Source: Eledone cirrhosa (taxonomy: Eukaryota). Taken from it: a stretch of DNA of 64,000 nt. The translations under genes and the position numbers were made by a program. Below the pieces are notes generated by a model. That model saw nothing but the letters and a program-made list of their open reading frames with translations. It ran no database searches and had not been told where the DNA came from. The stretch covers positions 11,470,001-11,534,000 of the forward strand of contig OZ024759.1 of NCBI GenBank assembly GCA_964016885.1, in the 5' to 3' direction. Of this stretch, positions 53,561 to 64,000 are shown piece after piece. Numbering within the stretch: position 1 is the stretch's first letter; every line of letters begins with the position of its first letter.

Positions 53561-53791
53561 TCTTTAACGTCCATCTTCCACTCTAGCGTGGGTAGGGCAT
53601 CATCCTTCCTATTATCACCATCCCCACCATCCCCACCGTCATCATTAAATACCCCAATACATGACTGGTGTTTGATACCCGCTACTCTGCCCATATATGG
53701 AAAACTGGTGACATGTGTTTGCTCACTATGTAATTATCTTAAAATGATGTAGGACAGTAATTTAGGTCATTATAGTTTGACCTCTTCATCT

Positions 53792-55700
53792 TCAGTGCCA
53801 CAGATAAGACATCTGGATTCCAGTGCCACGGATAAGACATCCTAACATGTCTGGATTCCAGTGCCACAGATGTGATAACTCCTCCTAACGTGTCTGGATT
53901 CCAGTGCCACAGATGTGATAACTCATCCTAACATGTCTGGATTCCAGTCCCACAGATGAGATAACTCCTCCTAACGTGTCTGGATTCCAGTGCCACAGAT
54001 GAGATAACTCCTCCTAACATGTCTGGATTCCAGTCCCACAGATGAGATAACTCCTCCTAACGTGTCTGGATTCCAGTGCCACAGATGAGATAACTCCTCC
54101 TAACGTGTCTGGATTCCAGTGCCACAGATGTGATAACTCCTCCTAACGTGTCTGGATTCCAGTGCCACAGATGTGATAACTCCTCCTAACATGTCTGGAT
54201 TCCAGTGCCACAGATGTGATAACTCTTCCTAACATGTCTGGATTCCAGTGCCACAGATGAGATAACTCTTCCTAACATGTCTGGATTCCAGTGCCACAGA
54301 TAAGATAACTCCTCCTAACATGTCTGGATTCCAGTGCCACAGATGAGATAACTCCTCCTAACATGTCTGGATTCCAGTGCCACAGATGTGATAACTCCTC
54401 CTAACATGTCTGGGTTCCAGTGCCACAGATGTGATAACTCCTCCTAACATGTCTGGATTCCAGTGCCACAGATGTGATAACTCCTCCTAACGTGTCTGGA
54501 TTCCAGTGCCACAGATGTGATAACTCCTCCTAACATGTCTGGATTCCAGTGCCACAGATGTGATAACTCTTCCTAACATGTCTGGATTCCAGTGCCACAG
54601 ATGAGATAACTCTTCCTAACATGTCTGGATTCCAGTGCCACAGATGAGATAACTCCTCCTAACATGTCTGGATTCCAGTGCCACAGATGAGATAACTCCT
54701 CCTAACATGTCTGGATTCCAGTGCCACAGATGTGATAACTCCTCCTAACATGTCTGGGTTCCAGTGCCACAGATGTGATAACTCCTCCTAACATGTCTGG
54801 ATTCCAGTGCCACAGATGTGATAACTCTTCCTAACATGTCTGGATTCCAGTGCCACAGATGAGATAACTCTTCCTAACATGTCTGGATTCCAGTGCCACA
54901 GATGAGATAACTCCTCCTAACATGTCTGGATTCCAGTGCCACAGATGAGATAACTCTTCGTAACATGTCTGGATTCCAGTGCCACAGATGAGATAACTCT
55001 TCGTAACATGTCTGGATTCCAGTGCCACAGATGAGATAACTCTTCCTAACATGTCTGGATTCCAGTGCCACAGATGAGATAACTCTTCCTAACATGTCTG
55101 GATTCCAGTGCCACAGATGAGATAACTCTTCCTAACATGTCTGGATTCCAGTGCCACAGATGTGATAACTCCTCCTAACATGTCTGGATTCCAGTGCCAC
55201 AGATGTGATAACTCCTCCTAACGTGTCTGGATTCCAGTGCCACAGATGAGATAACTCCTCCTAACATGTCTGGATTCCAGTGCCACAGATGAGATAACTC
55301 TTCCTAACATGTCTGGATTCCAGTGCCACAGATGTGATAACTCATCCTAACATGTCTGGATTCCAGTGCCACAGATGTGATAACTCATCCTAACATGTCT
55401 GGATTCCAGTGCCACAGATGTGATAACTCATCCTAACATGTCTGGATTCCAGTGCCACAGATGTGATAACTCCTCCTAACGTGTCTGGATTCCAGTGCCA
55501 CAGATGAGATAACTCTTCCTAACATGTCTGGATTCCAGTGCCACAGATGAGATAACTCCTCCTAACATGTCTGGATTCCAGTGCCACAGATGAGATAACT
55601 CTTCCTAACATGTCTGGATTCCAGTGCCACAGATGTGATAACTCCTCCTAACGTGTCTGGATTCCAGTGCCACAGATGAGATAACTCTTCCTAATATGTT
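53792..55700. repeat. 43-bp satellite, ~44 copies
   Basis: Unit ccagtgccacagatg(a/t)gataactc(c/t)tcctaacatgtctggatt. Confidence 0.97.
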
Positions 55701-56189
55701 TGAACTCATTTCCAACAGTTCATAACTTCAAAGCTAGATGGAGTTACTAGTTTATTGATGTGACATTTATCAATCATTCAGATTTGTGTTGTTAATAAAT
55801 GTTTGTTTAAAAACATAGTCATTTTACTGAAATAAAACCCCCAAAACTGGCAGAGCAACTGTAGCTGTGTAAAATATATACAACAGTCAACAGGTTAATG
55901 AAGGAAAATACTGAAATATGCCTCTTAGTTGGTGAAAGAAAACAAATATTTAATGATAATTGTTAGTGATTCTTGATATTTAGAAGAAAATATCGAAAAA
56001 CAGGTTTGTTAATTCAAATATTTATAGTATTTGTACCAGTGGACAGATTGTTGTGAAAATTTACAGTATTATAGTGAATACTTCAATATTTAATGTGATG
56101 TAGTCATAGTGTGGTTTCACGTGGTTTGTTAATTCAAATATTTATAGTATCTTTATTGGTGGACAGGCAATTTACTAAAGACTTTAATA

Positions 56190-58260
56190 TTTAATTGTTT
56201 CTACTCTTGGCACAAGTCCAGCAATTACCCCAGTGCATTACTGGTGCTTTATTTTATTGAACCCAAAAGGATGAAAAGCAAAATTTCCCTCGTGGGAAAA
56301 GGCAAAATTAACCTCGGTATATATTCGTAAAGGGCTGTAACTCTATGTTGTAAAGCATGGCATCCAACCCTCTACCAATACTGCCAATCCACTGCCCTTT
56401 AATATTTAATGCGATGTAGTCGTAGTGCTGCTTCATACTTTTCAAGAAAGTTTTGCTAATGTGGCTTCATGTGGTACAGGACTTTGAGAGTTAAAGAAAA
56501 GGAGGAGATAATCTTTAAGAAATTAAGAATTCATTTCACAGAAATGTTAATTTGCATACATAAGAGCAAAATCTGATCTTTATTAAAATAAGTTATGTTG
56601 ATGGGTGAAAGCAAAACAGTTTATATAAAAGAAATATGCTACAGCTTAAAAACACACAAAAAAAACCTCAACAACAACAACAACAACAACAACACTACCA
56701 ACTGGCTGGTTGGCTGGTTGCTGGTCAGAAAATATAAAAATTTAAAAACAAAATCAATATTTGATGGAGATTAAGGAAATATAATGGCTTCACCATCATC
56801 ATCACCATCCATGATCATCAACATCATCATCATCATGAAATATTAAGTTGAAATATATTGTCTAGAAAAGAAAAGAATGTTTTGTGTTGGTGTTGTTTTT
56901 GTTTTAGTGTTGTTTTTAAATAATTTTTATTATTAAGATTCAAGATGGTTTCTTAGAAATGATCATAATTCCTTGTTTGAAAAGCTGCAGACTTGATGTT
57001 AGGAAAACAACAACAAAATACCAGCTGAGGTCACGTTCAAATGAGATCAATGACAAAATCTTTCAGATTTTTTTTTTATTTAAAAAAAACAACTGTATTG
57101 AATAATGATAATAATAATATTAGGGCTGCACACGGTAGTGGGGAGGCTGGTGTAGCCGTGTGCGAGAACACCCCGACCATCATCAAGCAATCGCACAACA
57201 ACAATAACTGGCCCCACCCTTGCAAGCAGGGAAAAGCGGACGTAAAATGATGATGATGATGATTTCTGATTTAGGCAGAAGGGGTGAAGTGGCAGAGTTG
57301 TTAAGATGTCTGATAGAATGTTTCATCTTATTTGTCTCACCTCATTGCGCGCTCTGAGTTCAAATCCCGCCGTAGTCAACTTTGCCTTTCATCCTTTCGA
57401 GGTCGATAAAAAAAGAACCAGTCATGTACTGGGGTCGATTCTTCTTCTATAGATAAAAATCGACTGTGTTCAAACCTGGAGAGGGTTGGGTCCCCGCTAG
57501 GTTTAAAAGTGCCCTAGACATGCCGTATGACGGTGCCTCTATGACTCCACAAGGAGTTAGGGGATCTTTATCCTTTATCCAATAATTTGAAAGGAAGGGG
57601 AAAGTCAATTAAATCTACCCCAGTGTATTACTGGTACTTTAAAATCGACCCCCGTAAGGATGAAAGGTAAAGTAAACCTCGGTGGGATTTGAACTCAGAA
57701 CATTGTCTGTAACTCTACTGACTACTTCCAGTCAACCTCCCTAATAATAATTGTTTCTACTTTTGGCACAAGGCCAGCAAATTACCCAGTGCATTACTGG
57801 TACTTTATTTTATCGACCCCGTAAGGATGAAAGGCAAAGTTGACCTCGGCGGGATTTGAACTCAGAATGGAAAGGGCCGTAACTATGCGTCAAAGCATGA
57901 CGTCCGACCCTCAACCGATAATGCCAATCCACCATCTTTTAATAATAATAATAATTTCTTATTTAGGCCCGAGGCCAGTTATTTTTGGGGTTGATAAAGC
58001 CATATTGACCCCGATATCAGCACAGAATGAAGATGTCAACTTGTAGTTAAACACAGGGCTGAGAAGATCTTTCAGTTGTGCCAATGTGGGTGGGAGGGTT
58101 ATTTGATTAAAATTACCCCAGTGATGTGACTGGTACTTTATTTTATGAAACCCCTCTCTCACACACTTCTCCAGATATATAAAAGTCAAATTTGACATCA
58201 GTAGAATTTGAACTGAGAACATAAACTACCGTAACAAAATATGACAACTTATTTTGTCTG
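56190..58260. mobile_element. Dispersed family A SINE copies (56190-56400 -, 57280-57445 +, 57590-57940 -, degenerate to 58260) and an RTE-tailed short insert (57120-57262)
   Basis: Matches to the family consensus and to the RTE tail. Confidence 0.75.
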
Positions 58261-58677
58261 GCACTGCCATGTTTGTGGCCATCTACCGAGAATAATTCCG
58301 TTTCTTTTATTTTAGTTTTTATTTTCTAGCTTATTTTAAGTTTTATCTCATTTTAAAAAAAAATTAATTTAACTTTTTACCTTTTTTTTCTGTCTAACTT
58401 TAACTTAGTTTTTTCAAAATTCTATTTATTATTTTTCTATTTTAAGCACTTTTTAAATTTGGGTGACTTATTAATCTCATTTATTTGATTAGATTAGTTG
58501 TGAATTACTTAATTTTTAGAAATAAATATAGTTCAGAAGTTAGTGGAAAGGTATATTGATTTTTTTTTCTCACAGATCAATATCTACAAGACAAAAGCAT
58601 GTCTTGAAATTAAAATGGATTTTGCAGTAAATTTCCCCCAAGACAGACATTTGTGAAGATATGGGGTGAACTGTAAA

Positions 58678-61600
58678 TTACCTCCAAGACATTGGTGGAG
58701 ATAGGGAGTCAGTTATGTATTACCTCCAAGGCATTGGTGAGATAGGGAGTCAGTTATGTATTACCTCCAAGACATTGGTGAGATAGGGAGTCAGTTATGT
58801 ATTACCTCCAAGACATTGGTGAGATAGGGAGTCAGTTATGTATTACCTCCAAGACATTGGTGGAGATAGGGAGTCAGTTATGTATTACCCCCAAGACATT
58901 GGTGAGATAGGGAGTGAGTTATATATTACCTCCAAGACATTGGTGGAGATAGGGAGTCAGTTATGTATTACCTCCAAGACATTGGTGAGATAGGGAGTCA
59001 GTTATGTATTACCTCCAAGACATTGGTGAGATAGGGAGTCAGTTATGTATTACCTCCAAGACATTGGTGGAGATAGGGAGTCAGTTATGTATTACCTCCA
59101 AGAGATTGGTGAGATAGGGAGTCAGTTATGTATTACCTCCAAGACATTGGTGGAGATAGGGAGTCAGTTATATATTACCTCCAAGACATTGGTGGAGATA
59201 GGGAGTCAGTTATGTATTACCCCCAAGACATTGGTGAGATAGGGAGTCAGTTATGTATTACCTCCAAGACAGTGGTGGAGATAGGGAGTCAGTTATGTAT
59301 TACCCCCAAGACATTGGTGAGATAGGGAGTCAGTTATGTATTACCTCCAAGAGATTGGTGAGATAGGGAGTCAGTTATGTATTACCTCCAAGACATTGGT
59401 GGAGATAGGGAGTGAGTTATATATTACCTCCAAGACATTGGTGGAGATAGGGAGTCAGTTATGTATTACCCCCAAGACATTGGTGAGATAGGGAGTCAGT
59501 TATGTATTACCTCCAAGACAGTGGTGAGATGGGGAGTCAGTTATATATTATCCCCAAGACATTGGTGAGATAGGGAGTCAGTTATGTATTACCTCCAAGA
59601 CATTGGTGGAGATAGGGAGTCAGTTATGTATTACCTCCAAGACATTGGTGGAAATAGTGAGTCAGTTATGTATTACCTCCAAGACATTGGTGGAAATAGT
59701 GAGTCAGTTATGTATTACCTTCAAGACATTGGTGGAGATAGGGAGTCAGTTATGTATTACCTCCAAGACATTGGTGGAGATAGGGAGTCAGTTATGTATT
59801 ACCTCCAAGAGATTGGTGAGATAGGGAGTCAGTTATGTATTACCTCCAAGACATTGGTGAGATAGGGAGTCAGTTATGTATTACCTCCAAGAGATTGGTG
59901 AGATAGGGAGTCAGTTATGTATTACCCCCAAGACATTGGTGGAGATAGGGAGTCAGTTATGTATTACCTCCAAGAGATTGGTGAGATAGGGAGTCAATTA
60001 TGTATTACCTCCAAGACATTGGTGAGATAGGGAGTCAGTTATGTATTACCCCCAAGACATTGGTGAGATAGGGAGTCAGTTATGTATTACCTCCAAGACA
60101 TTGGTGAGATAGGGAGTCAGTTATGTATTACCTCCAAGACATTGGTGAGATAGGGAGTCAGTTATGTATTACCTCCAAGACATTGGTGAGATAGGGAGTC
60201 AGTTATGTATTACCTCCAAGACATTGGTGAGATAGGGAGTCAGTTACGTATTACCCCCAAGACATTGGTGAGATAGGGAGTCAGTTATGTATTACCTCCA
60301 AGACATTGGTGAGATAGGGAGTCAGTTATGTATTACCTCCAAGACATTGGTGAGATAGGGAGTCAGTTATGTATTACCTCCAAGACATTGGTGAGATAGA
60401 GAGTCAGTTATGTATTACCTCCAAGACATTGGTGTGATAGGGAGTCAGTTATGTATTACCTCCAAGACATTGGTGAGATAGGGAGTCAGTTATGTATTAC
60501 CTCCAAGACATTGGTGGAGATAAGGACTCAGTTATGTATTACCCCCAAGACATTGGTGAGATAGGGAGTCAGTTATGTATTACCCCCAAGACATTGGTGA
60601 GATAGGGAGTCAGTTATGTATTACCCCCAAGACATTGGTGAGATAGGGAGTCAGTTATGTATTACCTCCAAGACATTGGTGAGATAGGGAGTCAGTTATG
60701 TATTACCTCCAAGACATTGGTGAGATAGGGAGTCAGTTATGTATTACCTCCAAGACATTGGTGAGATAGGGAGTCAGTTATGTATTACCTCCAAGACATT
60801 GGTGAGATAGGGAGTCAGTTATGTATTACCTCCAAGACATTGGTGAGATAGGGAGTCAGTTATGTATTACCTCCAAGACATTGGTGAGATAGGGAGTCAG
60901 TTATGTATTACCTCCAAGACATTGGTGGAGATAAGGACTCAGTTATGTATTACCCCCAAGACATTGGTGAGATAGGGAGTCAGTTATGTATTACCCCCAA
61001 GACATTGGTGAGATAGGGAGTCAGTTATGTATTACCCCCAAGACATTGGTGAGATAGGGAGTCAGTTATGTATTACCTCCAAGACATTGGTGAGATAGGG
61101 AGTCAGTTATGTATTACCTCCAAGACATTGGTGAGATAGGGAGTCAGTTATGTATTACCTCCAAGACATTGGTGAGATAGGGAGTCAGTTATGTATTACC
61201 TCCAAGACATTGGTGAGATAGGGAGTCAGTTATGTATTACCTCCAAGACATTGGTGAGATAGGGAGTCAGTTATGTATTACCTCCAAGACATTGGTGAGA
61301 TAGGGAGTCAGTTATGTATTACCTCCAAGACATTGGTGTGATAGGGAGTCAGTTATGTATTACCTCCAAGACATTGGTGTGATAGGGAGTCAGTTATGTA
61401 TTACCTCCAAGACATTGGTGAGATAGGGAGTCAGTTATGTATTACCTCCAAGACATTGTTGGAGATAAGGAGTCAGTTATGTATTACCCCCAAGACATTG
61501 GTGAGATAGGGAGTCAGTTATGTATTACCTCCAAGACATTGGTGAGATAGGGAGTCAGTTATGTATTACCCCCAAGACATTGGTGAGATAGGGAGTCAGT

Positions 61601-63665
61601 TATGTATTACCTCCAAGACATTGGTGGATATAGGGAGTCAGTTATGTATTACCTCCAAGACATTGGTGAGATAGGGAGTCAGTTATATATTACCTCCAAG
61701 ACATTGGTGAGATAGGGAGTCAGTTATGTATTACCTCCAAGACATTGCTGGAGATAGGGAGTCAGTTATGTATTACCTCCAAGACATTGTTGGAGATAAG
61801 GAGTCAGTTATGTATTACCCCCAAGACATTGGTGAGATAAGGAGTCAGTTATGTATTACCTCCAAGACATTGGTGAGATAGGGAGTCAGTTATGTATTAC
61901 CCCCAAGACATTGGTGAGATAGGGAGTCAGTTATGTATTACCTCCAAGACATTGGTGGAGATAGGGAGTCAGTTATGTATTACCTCCAAGACATTGGTGA
62001 GATAGGGAGTCAGTTATGTATTACCTCCAAGACATTGGTGGAGATAGGGAGTCAGTTATGTATTACCTCCAAGACATTGGTGTGATAGGGAGTCAGTTAT
62101 GTATTACCTCCAAGACATTGGTGAGATAGGGAGTCAGTTATGTATTACCTCCAAGACATTGGTGAGATAGGGAGTCAGTTATGTATTACCTCCAAGACAT
62201 TGGTGAGATAAGGAGTCAGTTATGTATTACCTCCAAGACATTGGTGAGATAAGGAGTCAGTTATGTATTACCTCCAAGACATTGGTGAGATAGGGAGTCA
62301 GTTATATATTACCTCCAAGACATTGGTGAGATAGGGAGTCAGTTATGTATTACCTCCAAGACATTGGTGGAGATAGGGAGTCAGTTATGTATTACCTCCA
62401 AGACATTGGTGTGATAGGGAGTCAGTTATGTATTACCTCCAAGACATTGGTGAGATAGGGAGTCAGTTATGTATTACCCCCAAGACATTGGTGAGATAGG
62501 GAGTCAGTTATGTATTACCTCCAAGACATTGGTGGAGATAGGGAGTCAGTTATGTATTACCTCCAAGACATTGGTGAGATAGGGAGTCAGTTATATATTA
62601 CCTCCAAGACATTGGTGAGATAGGGAGTCAGTTATGTATTACCTCCAAGACATTGGTGGAGATAGGGAGTGAGTTATATATTACCTCCAAGACATTGGTG
62701 TGATAGGGAGTCAGTTATGTATTACCTCCAAGACATTGGTGGAGATAGAGAGTCAGTTATGTATTACCTCCAAGACATTGGTGTGATAGGGAGTCAGTTA
62801 TGTATTACCTCCAAGACATTGGTGGAGATAGGGAGTCAGTTATGTATTACCTCCAAGACATTGGTGAGATAGGGAGTCAGTTATGTATTACCTCCAAGAC
62901 ATTGGTGGAGATAGGGAGTGAGTTATATATTACCTCCAAGACATTGGTGTGATAGGGAGTCAGTTATGTATTACCTCCAAGACATTGGTGGAGATAGGGA
63001 GTCAGTTATGTATTACCTCCAAGACATTGGTGTGATAGGGAGTCAGTTATGTATTACCTCCAAGACATTGGTGAGATAGGGAGTCAGTTATGTATTACCC
63101 CCAAGACATTGGTGAGATAGGGAGTCAGTTATGTATTACCTCCAAGACATTGGTGGAGATAGGGAGTCAGTTATGTATTACCTCCAAGACATTGGTGGAG
63201 ATAGGGAGTCAGTTATGTATTACCTCCAAGACATTGGTGTGATAGGGAGTCAGTTATGTATTACCTCCAAGACATTGGTGGAGATAGGGAGTCAGTTATG
63301 TATTACCTCCAAGACATTGGTGTGATAGGGAGTCAGTTATGTATTACCTCCAAGACATTGGTGGAGATAGGGAGTCAGTTATGTATTACCTCCAAGACAT
63401 TGGTGAGATAGGGAGTCAGTTATGTATTACCCCCAAGACATTGGTGAGATAGGGAGTCAGTTATGTATTACCTCCAAGACATTGGTGGAGATAGGGAGTC
63501 AGTTATGTATTACCTCCAAGACATTGGTGAGATAGGGAGTCAGTTATGTATTACCCCCAAGACATTGGTGAGATAGGGAGTCAGTTATGTATTACCCCCA
63601 AGACATTGGTGAGATAGGGAGTCAGTTATGTATTACCCCCAAGACATTGGTGAGATAGGGAGTCA
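58678..63665. repeat. 41/42-bp satellite, ~120 copies
   Basis: Unit tacctccaagacattggt(g)gagatagggagtcagttatgtat. Confidence 0.98.
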
Positions 63666-64000
63666 ACATAATAAGTGTTGGTGAATTGGAAGTTCTCCTA
63701 AAGAGTAATACGAAGATTTGAAGTTATTCTCCAATTAAGATAAGATGAGGGTTTTAAGATCATTACCTCAGTAGAACATGAGACCATACATAAATGGGAT
63801 GACAGACCCCTGGCTTGTTGGGGAGATCAGTAGCCATTGCATCAGTATTGATATGGTCTAAGTAGACCCATCCAACCTATGTTTGCAGGGAAAGTGGATG
63901 TTAAAAGAATTATGATGACCTCACTATGTTATGGTCTCTTGGGATGATAACATTAACAATCTGTGATTCAGGCTTATTTCTGTGCATAGCCGCAATATCA

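Noticed and set aside
52807-53752. Poly-His/Asp/Gly ORFs (also 35984-36508)
   Set aside because: These are (CAC/CAT)n expansions open in several frames on both strands. Only the ARNWE microexon inside 52807-53586 is supported.
58532-58550. Possible small exon ending GTGGAAAG|gtatat after a T-rich region
   Set aside because: No pyrimidine tract lies next to the AG, and the candidate lengths (7, 11, 14, 19, 31 nt) are not frame-symmetric.
53792-63665. 43-bp and 41/42-bp arrays as CRISPR-like arrays
   Set aside because: The units are contiguous with no unique spacers and there are no cas genes; these are ordinary satellites.

Overview
AT-rich, repeat-saturated animal genomic DNA. The SINE families, RTE (ATG)n tails, TTAA-flanked MITEs and (TA/CA)n load suggest a coleoid cephalopod such as Octopus; this is an inference. 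Almost every ORF in the track is a microsatellite or satellite artefact. Real protein-coding remnants are a broken CR1-type LINE (47.5-49.2 kb), several RTE 3' ends and one C2H2 zinc-finger end. Three signals stand out. (1) Three widely spaced, frame-symmetric + strand microexon candidates (12, 15, 15 nt; 5732, 25421, 52892) encode (A)DWE, (A)RNWE and (A)RNWE, and the two 15-nt copies differ only at synonymous sites. This suggests the window lies inside a very large gene built from duplicated Trp-acidic microexons. (2) About ten minimal type-I hammerhead ribozyme motifs of the Penelope-like-element kind are present, some as inverted fold-back pairs. (3) An H-type pseudoknot module occurs in RTE-tailed SINEs and is amplified into a ~14-copy array. 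There are also many long fold-back palindromes and satellites that arose from transposon termini.
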